Of a stretch of 64,000 nucleotides of DNA, positions 8,662 through 18,151 are shown piece after piece (the stretch's first letter is position 1; each line of letters begins with the position of its first letter). The stretch is from Bacillota bacterium (GTDB lineage: Bacteria; Bacillota; Clostridia; Acetivibrionales; DTU013). The position numbers were made by a program, and so were the translations under genes. Location: assembly GCA_023412915.1 (NCBI GenBank), contig JAEZRE010000018.1, positions 123,127-187,126 of the forward strand. Reading direction: 5' to 3'. The notes below the pieces were generated by a model. The model saw only the letters and a program-made list of their open reading frames with translations. It made no database searches and was not told the origin of the DNA.

Positions 8662-9537
8662 ATGAAAAAGGGCGAAAACCTTTTTAGTGCGGTCTTTTTA
8701 GCTCCCGCGCTGATATTCTTTACTATATTGGTCATATTCCCAATCTGCCTTTCCACCTACTACACGCTGGTGGACTGGCCGGGGATCGGCGAAAAGACCT
8801 TTGTCTGGTTCAACAACTATAAAGAGATCTTCACGGACAGCGAATACTGGCAAGTAGCAAAAAACACATTTATACTGGTTGTGCTTGCAATTGTGATCCA
8901 AAACCCTTTGGGCATCATGCTGGCATACCTCATTTCACGAATCAAATTCGGGTACAAATTGTTCAGATCCCTTATATTCCTGCCGGTAGTCATATCTGCG
9001 GCAACGACGGGCTTAATGTTTTCATTGCTGCTGAACAACGATCTCGGTACCTTCAACAACATACTAAAGACGCTGGGATTGGGTTTTCTCCAGCATAACT
9101 GGCTCACAGACCCGAAAGTAGTATTGTATTCCGTAGCGCTTCCGCAGGTTTGGCAATACCTCGGAATTCACTTCATTATTTACCTGGCCGCAATCCAGTC
9201 CATTCCGCGTGAATTGTTCGAAAGCGCCTATATAGACGGCGCAAACGGTTTCCATGTACTCAGGAGGATCATCATCCCAATGATGTGGGAGGTCGTTCAG
9301 ATCTGCATCATCCTGAATGTCACCGGCTCCCTGAAGGCCTTCGATATGTCGTGGATCATGACGTGGGGTGGTCCGGGCTCCGCATCATCCTATATCTCGG
9401 TGCTTATGTTCCGGTATGCGTTTAAAGGCTTCAACTTCAGCTATGGCACTACGATTGCCATGACGATACTGATCTTTTCCCTGTTGTTTACTGTGGTTTT
9501 CAAGAAGTTTTTCTCCAAAGAGACCATCGAGTATTAG
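8662..9537 (+). CDS. ABC sugar transporter permease (MalF/UgpA-like)
   Basis: Six predicted TM segments. EAA-loop region ESAYIDGANGFHVLRRIIIPM. The start is moved to ATG 8662 (GAGAGGGA upstream) because the longer ORF would read through the hairpin. Confidence 0.9.
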   Translation: MKKGENLFSAVFLAPALIFFTILVIFPICLSTYYTLVDWPGIGEKTFVWFNNYKEIFTDSEYWQVAKNTFILVVLAIVIQNPLGIMLAYLISRIKFGYKLFRSLIFLPVVISAATTGLMFSLLLNNDLGTFNNILKTLGLGFLQHNWLTDPKVVLYSVALPQVWQYLGIHFIIYLAAIQSIPRELFESAYIDGANGFHVLRRIIIPMMWEVVQICIILNVTGSLKAFDMSWIMTWGGPGSASSYISVLMFRYAFKGFNFSYGTTIAMTILIFSLLFTVVFKKFFSKETIEY

Positions 9538-9569
9538 AGGAGCAATCCACATAAAAGGAGTAATTCGGC

Positions 9570-10418
9570 ATGAATAAAAATTCGGCAGCTAGTAAGCTAA
9601 AAAAGATAAGACCACTTTCCATCCTGACCTATGCATTTGTTGCAATCTATGGACTGGGCTGTCTTGTCCCCTTCCTGTGGGCTATACTGAATTCGTTCAA
9701 AACCAATGACGAGATTCTGGTGATGCCGTTCAGTCTGCCGCGTGTGTGGAAGATAATCAACTACATTGACGCCTGGGTTGGGGCGAAAATGGCGACCTAC
9801 TTTTTCAATACGGCAGTGTATACAATTTTGTCCACGGCAGTGCTTCTGCTGATCGCTGCAATGGCATCCTATATAGTGGCCCGTGTCAAACCAGGACTTT
9901 TGCTGTACACGTATTTCACGCTGGGAATCATGATTCCCGTACAGGCGATTATCCTTCCTCTGTTTATTACGATGAGGGATCTGGGGTTGACCAATACCAG
10001 AACCAGTATTGTTCTGGTCTATATCGCGTTGAATATCTCGATCAGCGTTTTTATCCTCGTAGGATTTATGAAATCCCTGCCCAGGGAACTGGAGGAAGCT
10101 GCACAAATCGACGGCTGCACAAGGTACGGAACCTTCTTCAGGATCATGCTCCCGCTTTCCTCGCCCGGACTTGCCACTATAGGAATCCTCGCTTTTTTGG
10201 GCAACTGGAACGAGTATTTGGTTCCGCTGATCCTTCTGACAGATAAAAAGCTCAAAGTTATTTCACTTGGCGTCCAGGAATTGAGAGGACTGTACTCGCA
10301 AGATTACGGGCTGATCACGGCGGGAATCGTAATCTCCTTCCTGCCGGTCGTTATCATCTATATAGCGTTCCAGGAAAAGGTCATTGCCGGTATGACCGCC
10401 GGCGCCGTGAAAGGATAA
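9570..10418 (+). CDS. ABC sugar transporter permease (MalG/UgpE-like)
   Basis: EAA loop EEAAQIDGCTRYGTFFRIMLPL. Multiple TM segments. AAAAGGAG precedes the ATG. Confidence 0.9.
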   Translation: MNKNSAASKLKKIRPLSILTYAFVAIYGLGCLVPFLWAILNSFKTNDEILVMPFSLPRVWKIINYIDAWVGAKMATYFFNTAVYTILSTAVLLLIAAMASYIVARVKPGLLLYTYFTLGIMIPVQAIILPLFITMRDLGLTNTRTSIVLVYIALNISISVFILVGFMKSLPRELEEAAQIDGCTRYGTFFRIMLPLSSPGLATIGILAFLGNWNEYLVPLILLTDKKLKVISLGVQELRGLYSQDYGLITAGIVISFLPVVIIYIAFQEKVIAGMTAGAVKG

Positions 10419-10455
10419 AAGCGGCGGAAAGAAAATTAACAAAAAGGAGAACGGT

Positions 10456-11868
10456 ATGAACAATAAACCTGTACTTGGCGTTATTGTCATTGCAAAAAAG
10501 AATCACTTCAAGGGTGAGGCCTATCAACTGCTGGAATACTGCAAAAAAAGGTTTTCAACGGATGAAACGATTGAATTGATGCTTGAGGAGAACGTCCTGT
10601 TCAACGAATCAGAGATCGCCTGCCATGCCCATACCATGGAAAAGGAAGGGGCCGACGCAATAATGCTCTGCGTTGGGACTTGGATATACTCTTCCAATAT
10701 CATATCGGCTGTGAACGATTTGAATATTCCCTTCGTGCTGTTCGGCTTGTCGGACCGCATAGCCAACGGCAACATCGGTGCCGCAATACAGATCAGATAT
10801 GTTTTGGAGGAAATGGGCAAAAACTTCCTGTTCCTGTCCGGAAAAATAGAGGATGAATCAAACTATCTTGAGATAAAGAAATACCTGAAGGCGGCATGGG
10901 TGAAGAAAAGTCTGAGGAACAGGAAAATCGCGACCATCGGCGGGAAATGCATGATGATGTACCAGACCCAGGTAAACGAATTCGACTGGAAGTCGGTGTT
11001 CGGGGTGGATTTCCCTCAATACGATACTGTCCATATATTCAAGGAGATGGAGAATGTTGACCTGGAGGAAGCCAGGAAGGTGGAGCAGGACTTCCTGGCC
11101 AAGGTGGATCAAATCCACTGGGAAACTGAGGACGGTGACAAAATCTCTGAGGATGCCATACTGTCTCAGGCTAAAATGTACCTGGCCTTTAAAAGGATGA
11201 AGAAGCTCTACGGAATAGACATCTTTGCCAACAAGTGCATGCCCGAAATGTCGGCCATTCCCTGCGGATACGGCTATGCCGGCTGCCTTGCGACCTGCAT
11301 GCTGAACGACGACGGAATCATGACCGCCTGCGAAGCGGATGTTCCTGCGGCGCTCTCCATGTATATCATGCACCTGCTTTCCGGAAATTCGGTCTTTTTT
11401 GCGGATATTACGCGTTTGAACAAAGCGGCGGGCAGGATAACCTTCTTTAATTGCGGCACGGCTCCCATTTCAATGGCGGACAAAAAGAAAGGCGTATCCC
11501 TCTGGCCCATTCCCGGCAATATCGCGGATGAGGCTCTGCCGGAGGAATATTATGTAGGGAAGATGAAGGGCGCCTGTATCAATCTGGAGCTGGAGGAAGG
11601 CCGCGAGGTCACCATATTGAGAGTCGGCGGAAACGGAGATTCTCTGCGCTTCTCCGTGGCGAAGGCAAAGACCGTCAAGAGGGAAGTTGAGCCTGAAGAG
11701 GTACTTGGAAACAGATGGCCGGGGTTCGGCCTGGAATTCAGGGAGGACATCGACAAATTCCTGAACAATACCACGGGTCACCATTACTCCCTTGCCTTCG
11801 GCGACTATACCAAGGAACTGGAATACCTTGCGAAAATTTATGGAATTAAATTTACAATAAACGAATAG
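10456..11868 (+). CDS. L-fucose isomerase-superfamily sugar isomerase (short, about 470-aa type)
   Basis: N-terminal Rossmann-like IGxxxI layout. ACEADV acidic catalytic-type motif, and C-terminal TTGHHYSLAFGD resembling the FucI/AraA C-terminal domain. AAGGAGA precedes the ATG. Confidence 0.7.
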   Translation: MNNKPVLGVIVIAKKNHFKGEAYQLLEYCKKRFSTDETIELMLEENVLFNESEIACHAHTMEKEGADAIMLCVGTWIYSSNIISAVNDLNIPFVLFGLSDRIANGNIGAAIQIRYVLEEMGKNFLFLSGKIEDESNYLEIKKYLKAAWVKKSLRNRKIATIGGKCMMMYQTQVNEFDWKSVFGVDFPQYDTVHIFKEMENVDLEEARKVEQDFLAKVDQIHWETEDGDKISEDAILSQAKMYLAFKRMKKLYGIDIFANKCMPEMSAIPCGYGYAGCLATCMLNDDGIMTACEADVPAALSMYIMHLLSGNSVFFADITRLNKAAGRITFFNCGTAPISMADKKKGVSLWPIPGNIADEALPEEYYVGKMKGACINLELEEGREVTILRVGGNGDSLRFSVAKAKTVKREVEPEEVLGNRWPGFGLEFREDIDKFLNNTTGHHYSLAFGDYTKELEYLAKIYGIKFTINE

Positions 11869-11880
11869 GAGAAACTCAAC

Positions 11881-13998
11881 ATGAATAACTGGTATAAAAA
11901 GCTTTATCGCAGACATCTCCTGGATTTCCACATCGACGACTGGAACGAAGAGTTCCTTTCAAAATTCGATCATTCCATAATCGCGGACAATCTTCAGCAG
12001 GCCAAAGTCGGTGCGGCTACTGTTTTTGCCAACACACATTCGGGGAAATGCAATTATCCTACAAAGGTCGGCGCTATGCACAGGGGTCTCAAAGGGAAGG
12101 ACGCCCTTAAGGAAATGATCGACAACTGCCATGCCAGAGGAATGAGTGTCGTCGTATATTACTGCCTGATCTATACGGACTGGTACTGGGACAACAATCC
12201 GGACTGCAGGATAGTGGACGCGGAAGGTAAGAGTGAAAAATTCACCATCAATTCGACCGGACGTCCGAAAAGGTTCAGCCTTTGCTGCCCCAACAACCTG
12301 AAATACCGCGATTTCGTGAAGGCGCAGCTGGAAGAGATCTGCACCGGGTATGAATTCGAGGGCGTGTGGCCCGACATGACCTTCTGGCCGACGGTCTGCT
12401 ACTGCCCTTCCTGCCAGGAAAGATATGCAAGAGAGGTCGGAGGGGAGATCCCGAGGATCATAGACTGGACCGATCCTAAATGGGTCGCGTTCCAGAGGAA
12501 GAGGCAGGAGTGGATTCTTGATTTTGTTAAGTTTGTAAATTCATCTATCCGGAAATACAAGCCGGAGGTAACCATAGCCCATCAGTCGCAGACCTATACG
12601 GACGACTGGCTGTTCGCACCTTCTGCGGAGCTGTCGAGGCATACCGACTGGCTTTCCGCCGACGTGTACAGGGACAAGACGGACATGTCCTTCCTGTCCA
12701 AGCTGTTTTACAGCCTGAGTGAATACAAGCCCTACGAGCACATCAACTGCTGGTACTATCCCAGCATACACGAACATGTCGTCGCCAGAACGGAGGACAG
12801 CCTGCGCTGCACAGCCTTCTCGGCACTGGCCAACAACGGATCCATGGTGTTCATCGACGCCATTGATCCTAAAGGAACAGTAAACAAAAAGAACTACCTG
12901 AAGGCCGGAAATATCTTCAGGGACGTTGAGAAATACGAGCAATACGCCGGCGGACAATACTGCCAGGATGTTGCGATCTATTACAGCTTCGAGTCACTCT
13001 TCGGCATGGAGGAAAACGGCAGGGACGTCATAAGCGCGGCGTACAATTTTCTCCCGGGCAGAAGGAAGCTGGGCATGAGCGCCCACAATAACGCCTCGCT
13101 CGGACTGGCCGGAGCGCTTGTGCAGAACCATATTCCCTATGGCGTCATAACGAAAAAGGATCTGGCTGACCTCGGCCGGTACAGTGTAATCGCTCTGTCC
13201 AATGTCGTCATGCTGGACGATGAAGAAATCAATGCTCTGAAGGAGTACGTCAGAGCGGGAGGAAGCCTTTACGCAAGCAAGTACACCTCTTTAATCACCG
13301 TTGATGGGCATAAACAGGACAATTTCCTCCTGTCGGAGCTTTTCGGAGTTTCCTTCGAGGGCGAAACCGGTGAAAAGCTTACCTATGTGGCCCCTGTAAA
13401 GGATGCGGAGGAATACTTCGGCGATTTCAACAGCGACTATCCGTACACAGTGCCCGACACACAGCTCAAAGTCCGGCTGAATCCCGGCGCAAGGGCGCTA
13501 GCTACGATCACACTGCCATATACGGATCCGACGGATACCAGATACTCCAGTATTCTGACCGATCCTCCGGGAATACCGACTTCCCATCCCGCAGTCGTCC
13601 TCAACGAGTACGGCAAGGGAAAGGTAATGTACAGCGCTGGAACCATCGAGAGCTGTGATTACGAAACACAGAAGCTTGTGATCGGCAACCTGATCAGGCT
13701 CCTCTCGGCAAAGCCCTTCTTTTTCACGGCGGACGCGCCCAAACCGGTGGAGATCACCATGTTCGACCAGCCTGACAACAAGCGGTCTATCATCAATGCC
13801 GTCAACTATCAGAGAGAGCTTCCCAATCTTCCGGTTAGAAATATACGCCTCAAGATCAGGCTCGACGGAAGAAAGCCGCGCAAGCTGAGTGTACTTCCGG
13901 ACGGCTCCGAGCTGGAGTTTGCCGTATGTGAGGATCAGGTTGAGGTCGTATTACCCGAACTGAATACTTTCATGATGCTGGAATTGAGTTATGAGTGA
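11881..13998 (+). CDS. putative glycoside hydrolase, GHL6-like TIM barrel plus beta-galactosidase-trimerisation-like (GATase1-like) domain; no signal peptide
   Basis: N-terminus YRRHLLDFHIDDW..AKVGAATVFANTHSG..CHARGMSVVVYY is typical of the 'hypothetical glycosyl hydrolase 6' family. The middle and C-terminal part resembles the GH42 trimerisation domain. Family call is by recollection only. Confidence 0.55.
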   Translation: MNNWYKKLYRRHLLDFHIDDWNEEFLSKFDHSIIADNLQQAKVGAATVFANTHSGKCNYPTKVGAMHRGLKGKDALKEMIDNCHARGMSVVVYYCLIYTDWYWDNNPDCRIVDAEGKSEKFTINSTGRPKRFSLCCPNNLKYRDFVKAQLEEICTGYEFEGVWPDMTFWPTVCYCPSCQERYAREVGGEIPRIIDWTDPKWVAFQRKRQEWILDFVKFVNSSIRKYKPEVTIAHQSQTYTDDWLFAPSAELSRHTDWLSADVYRDKTDMSFLSKLFYSLSEYKPYEHINCWYYPSIHEHVVARTEDSLRCTAFSALANNGSMVFIDAIDPKGTVNKKNYLKAGNIFRDVEKYEQYAGGQYCQDVAIYYSFESLFGMEENGRDVISAAYNFLPGRRKLGMSAHNNASLGLAGALVQNHIPYGVITKKDLADLGRYSVIALSNVVMLDDEEINALKEYVRAGGSLYASKYTSLITVDGHKQDNFLLSELFGVSFEGETGEKLTYVAPVKDAEEYFGDFNSDYPYTVPDTQLKVRLNPGARALATITLPYTDPTDTRYSSILTDPPGIPTSHPAVVLNEYGKGKVMYSAGTIESCDYETQKLVIGNLIRLLSAKPFFFTADAPKPVEITMFDQPDNKRSIINAVNYQRELPNLPVRNIRLKIRLDGRKPRKLSVLPDGSELEFAVCEDQVEVVLPELNTFMMLELSYE

Positions 13999-14067
13999 GT
14001 ATCGGTTTGAACGTGAAACGCAAGTGATATACGGATAAATGAACGTCATTCGGAAAGGACTGCGGAT

Positions 14068-15075
14068 ATGAAGAAAGTACTGTTAATCGGAGGGCCGGGC
14101 AATATTTCGACCAGCACGGTAAGCGAACTCCTTTCGAAGGGTTTCGAAGTCGGCATATTTACACTGCCTTCGAGCCCGAGCCTCGGATTTGAGAAGAATG
14201 TGACTTTTTACAGGGGGAACCGTGACAAGCGGGATGAGCTGGAGAGCGCCGTTCTTGCGTTCAAGCCCGACACCGTAATTGACTTTGTCTGCTTCAGACC
14301 GGAACAAGCCAGGCAGATGGCAGAACTTCTGTCCGGCAGGATCGGCCAGTATATTTTCATCAGCACGGTGGACGTATACGGCTACCCACTGACACACCTG
14401 CCGATGCGGGAGAACGATCCCAAAATAATGGGGAACTGCCAGTATGCCGTTGACAAAATGCTGTGCGAGAATGTACTTCGGGAGAAGGAGGAAAAGGACA
14501 AGCTGCCGCTGACCGTCGTGCGGCCGGTCTATTCCTTCGGCCCGGATTTCGTACTGGACCTGATGTCGCGAAAGGGCGGTAAGCAAATGCTGCTCCGGTT
14601 GAAAAACCATTTGCCCATTCTGGTGCCCGGTGGCGGGAATACGCTCATCCATGCCAGCAGCGCGTATAATACGGGCAGGATGATTGCGCAGCTGGCAGGT
14701 CACGCAGCCAGTATAGGTAAAACCTACAACTGCGGGCATCCGACCCCTATGACCCATGATGAATATGTGATGCTGTTTGCCGATGCGCTTGGTGTCAAGC
14801 CCAAGCTGGTGCACATTCCGTTTGAAATACTGCTTAGCCTGCGACTGCCGGAAATAGAGGAGGAAATCCTGCCGATCCTAAGCAGGTTCAATCTGTATTT
14901 CTCAACGGAAGCTTTTGTGAAAGAGTTCCCGGGCTTCGAGTGGGAGCTTTCGCTGGAGGAAGCCGCAAAACAATATGTGGAGCATAATTACAGGGCCGGC
15001 AATCTGGCCGGTCCCTTTGTGGAAGATTTCGAGGACCGGATTACGGCGGACTGGCTGACGAGGGTCGGGGACTAA
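14068..15075 (+). CDS. NAD-dependent epimerase/dehydratase family (extended SDR) protein
   Basis: N-terminal LIGGPGNIST glycine-rich dinucleotide motif. About 335 aa, which is typical length. Confidence 0.75.
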   Translation: MKKVLLIGGPGNISTSTVSELLSKGFEVGIFTLPSSPSLGFEKNVTFYRGNRDKRDELESAVLAFKPDTVIDFVCFRPEQARQMAELLSGRIGQYIFISTVDVYGYPLTHLPMRENDPKIMGNCQYAVDKMLCENVLREKEEKDKLPLTVVRPVYSFGPDFVLDLMSRKGGKQMLLRLKNHLPILVPGGGNTLIHASSAYNTGRMIAQLAGHAASIGKTYNCGHPTPMTHDEYVMLFADALGVKPKLVHIPFEILLSLRLPEIEEEILPILSRFNLYFSTEAFVKEFPGFEWELSLEEAAKQYVEHNYRAGNLAGPFVEDFEDRITADWLTRVGD

Positions 15076-15089
15076 TTGGAGGGGTAGGC

Positions 15090-16373
15090 ATGGAACACCT
15101 TAAAATATCGGATTCAAAGGATTGTTTTACACTGAACGGCAGGGAATTCTTCTACCTGGCGGATACTGTCTGGAGCGCTTTCACCAATCCATCCCGGGAG
15201 GAATGGGAGGAGTACCTCGATTACAGGAGGCTGCAGAACTTCAATGTTCTGCAGATCAATATCCTTCCCCAGTGGGACCGCAGCGGATGGGACCTTCCTT
15301 TGGAAATAGCCCCCTTCGCTGTGAAGCAGGACGGCACATATGATTTTTACAGCCCTAAGGAAGAATACTTTGCAAAAGCGCAGAAAATGCTTGATATGGC
15401 TGTAGAACGGGACTTCCGGATCGCGTTGGTGGTCCTGTGGTGCGACTTTGTAAAGGGCACCTGGGCCTCGGACCTGATGCCGGAGCATATGATGCCGCTT
15501 GATGCGGTGGAGCCCTATGTGCGGTATGTGCTGGAGAAATTCTCCCGGTACGACCCTGTCTATCTGGTCAGCGGGGATACGGATTTTCCTTCGGAGGAGA
15601 CGAACCGGTACTACAGAATTGCGTTGGAAACAATCAAAAGGTTATGTCCCGGAGCTATCACAACAATGCATCCGGCAGGCAAGCTGGCCGAGCTTCCCGG
15701 GGAATTTGAGAATTCTCGCGACCTGGACTTCTATATGTACCAATCCGCCCATTTCGCAGAGGATCAGCACATGCCCCGTGAAATGGCGGAGGTGTTTTGC
15801 CAAAAGGCGGTCAGACGTCCGGTCCTGAATGGAGAGCCTTGCTATGAAGGGCATGGATACGGTCGGAGATACGGCCGCTTCAATGCCTTCGACATCAGAA
15901 AAGCGACCTGGCAGAGCCTTTTATCCGGGGCGAAGGCGGGCATCGCTTACGGAGCCCACGGTGTCTGGTCCTGGCACAGAAAAGGAATGAACTTTGCGAA
16001 TGAGGCGTTTTCAAGCAAACCTTACGAATGGAGAGAGGCTCTCAGATTCAGAGGCGCATGGGATGTATCCTTCGCAAAGTATATTTTTGAGACATACCGG
16101 CTGTTCGATCTCATTCCCGGCGACATCGTCCGGAATGATACGAAGGAAATCCGGTTTGCTATGTCCGCGGACGCAGGCAAGTTTGCCATGTACGCACCCT
16201 ATCAGGCCGATATTGCAGTGAATATGGATCTGAGCGGATACGACCTGACACTCGTGAACCTGGAGGACAGGATTTTTGCGAGACCTGCGGCCGATTGTGA
16301 GCCGGGAGGGTCGATTCTCCGGATGAAGGAGTTCAACTCCGATGTGCTGGTGATTGGAATCAGAAGAGCTTGA
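15090..16373 (+). CDS. DUF4038 / GH140-like glycoside hydrolase; no signal peptide
   Basis: FFYLADTVWSAF, NVLQINILPQW and VLNGEPCYEGHG match the conserved blocks I recall for DUF4038 (GH140) TIM-barrel proteins. Confidence 0.6.
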   Translation: MEHLKISDSKDCFTLNGREFFYLADTVWSAFTNPSREEWEEYLDYRRLQNFNVLQINILPQWDRSGWDLPLEIAPFAVKQDGTYDFYSPKEEYFAKAQKMLDMAVERDFRIALVVLWCDFVKGTWASDLMPEHMMPLDAVEPYVRYVLEKFSRYDPVYLVSGDTDFPSEETNRYYRIALETIKRLCPGAITTMHPAGKLAELPGEFENSRDLDFYMYQSAHFAEDQHMPREMAEVFCQKAVRRPVLNGEPCYEGHGYGRRYGRFNAFDIRKATWQSLLSGAKAGIAYGAHGVWSWHRKGMNFANEAFSSKPYEWREALRFRGAWDVSFAKYIFETYRLFDLIPGDIVRNDTKEIRFAMSADAGKFAMYAPYQADIAVNMDLSGYDLTLVNLEDRIFARPAADCEPGGSILRMKEFNSDVLVIGIRRA

Positions 16374-16447
16374 GGTCACTTAAACGAAGCTGGAGCCCTG
16401 AACGGTTTGAAGGATGAACGCTACAAAAAATTACGGAGGGGTACAAA

Positions 16448-17056
16448 TTGGATAATAGAGAGCTGTGGAGCAGTATTTCGAACACATTGTCATCGGAAGC
16501 GGATGCCATTTTGAGGTTAACGGATTCCATATCACAGGAAGCTGTGCTTGAGGCTGTCAGACTCATAGGGGACTGCAAAGGGAAGGTATTGGTATCGGGC
16601 TGCGGAACCTCCGCGGCTGCCGCGAAAAAAATCGCCCATTCCCTTTGCTGCGTGGAAAGGCCCGCCGCTTACCTGAATCCGTCGGACGCAGTACATGGCG
16701 CGTTGGGGATGCTACAGAAGGACGACCTGCTGCTTCTGATCTCCAAGGGCGGCAATACCAGGGAGATTATAAGCATGATCCCTGCCTGCAAGACAAAAGC
16801 GGCAAAGCTTATCGGCATTACAGAGAATCCGGATTCCGTTCTGGCCAGGGAATCGGATCTGCTTTTGAAGATAAAAGTGGACAAGGAGCCATGTCCGTTC
16901 AACATGCTGGCAACCGCAAGCACTATGGCGGTAATCGCGGTATTTGACGCTATCTGTATCGCCCTGATGCACTACACGGGTTACACGCGCGAGCAGTTCG
17001 CCGTCATACATCCGGGCGGAGCGGTCGGCGACAGGCTGTTGTCGGGCGGAAAGTGA
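16448..17056 (+). CDS. SIS-domain sugar-phosphate isomerase/binding protein (single SIS domain)
   Basis: VSGCGTSAAAAKKIAHSL and LLLISKGGNT are SIS motifs. TTG start after ACGGAGGGG. Confidence 0.8.
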   Translation: MDNRELWSSISNTLSSEADAILRLTDSISQEAVLEAVRLIGDCKGKVLVSGCGTSAAAAKKIAHSLCCVERPAAYLNPSDAVHGALGMLQKDDLLLLISKGGNTREIISMIPACKTKAAKLIGITENPDSVLARESDLLLKIKVDKEPCPFNMLATASTMAVIAVFDAICIALMHYTGYTREQFAVIHPGGAVGDRLLSGGK

Positions 17057-17062
17057 GGAGAT

Positions 17063-18121
17063 ATGGTGGAGAAGATCAGAACGATGAAAGCAGCGGTTTT
17101 TGAAGGAATAGAGAGCATGGCGGTACGGGAGGTTCCGGTGCCGCAATGTGAAGAGGACGGCATGCTGGTCAAGGTTGAGACCTGCTGCATTTGTGGCGGA
17201 GATATAAGGAACTTTCATACGGGTCTGCGCTACGGAGTGGAAAAGCAGATCATGGGTCATGAGATTGCCGGCGTCGTGGAAGAGACCGGCAGCAGGGTAA
17301 CCAGGTTCAAAAAGGGAGACAGGGTGGCCATTGCTCCCGATGTGAGCTGCGGCGAATGCTATTACTGCAGAAGAGGGCTGGTAAATCTCTGCATGAACCA
17401 TAAAATGCTCGGAACCAACTGGCCGGGCGGATTTGCGCAGTATATCTACCTGCCGTCGGCCGTCATGGCACGCGGATTTGTCGAGCATGTGCCGGATTCC
17501 CTTGATTTCGACGAGGCGGCCATGGCCGAACCTGCATCATCCGTTATCGCCTGCCAGGAATACAATAATATCGGCCTGGGCGACACAGTTGTAATCATTG
17601 GAGACGGGCCGATCGGCTGCCTGCACATAGAGGTGGCCAGAGCCAGGGGCGCGTCAAGGATCATACTCTCGGGATTGAGCAGGCTCGATTCGGTTCCCCA
17701 GTTCGGGCCGGACTTCATTATAGACTCGGCAAAGCAAAATCCTGTGGAAGAGGTGCAGAAAATCACCGGAGGTATCGGAGCCGACATCGTAATCTGCGCA
17801 GCACCGGTGACCGCAATCCAGGAGCAGGCTCTGGAAATGGTAAGGAAGAGGGGCAGGGTAGTCCTGTTCGGGGGAGTGAATAAGAACAATCCAATGACCA
17901 CCCTTAACAGCAACCTGATCCATTACAATGAAATCACCGTAGTCGGAGCGTTCTCCTACCCGGCGACCGGCTTGTACAAGGCGGTGAACCTGATCGCGGA
18001 AGGAAGGATCTCAGCAAAGAAATATGTGACGAAAAAGGTAAAGCTCAATGAAATCCCTGAGGGAATCGCCTGCGCCGAACAAGGCAAGGCGCTGAGGGTT
18101 GCAGTTAAGCCCTGGGAATAG
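17063..18121 (+). CDS. zinc-dependent medium-chain alcohol/polyol dehydrogenase
   Basis: GHEIAGVVEE catalytic zinc motif. Structural zinc CGECYYCRRGLVNLC. Rossmann motif VIIGDGPIG. The start could be ATG 17084 (MKAAVFEG). Confidence 0.9.
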   Translation: MVEKIRTMKAAVFEGIESMAVREVPVPQCEEDGMLVKVETCCICGGDIRNFHTGLRYGVEKQIMGHEIAGVVEETGSRVTRFKKGDRVAIAPDVSCGECYYCRRGLVNLCMNHKMLGTNWPGGFAQYIYLPSAVMARGFVEHVPDSLDFDEAAMAEPASSVIACQEYNNIGLGDTVVIIGDGPIGCLHIEVARARGASRIILSGLSRLDSVPQFGPDFIIDSAKQNPVEEVQKITGGIGADIVICAAPVTAIQEQALEMVRKRGRVVLFGGVNKNNPMTTLNSNLIHYNEITVVGAFSYPATGLYKAVNLIAEGRISAKKYVTKKVKLNEIPEGIACAEQGKALRVAVKPWE

Positions 18122-18151
18122 GCAGTTAAAATTAAATTATGAGGTGATCAT

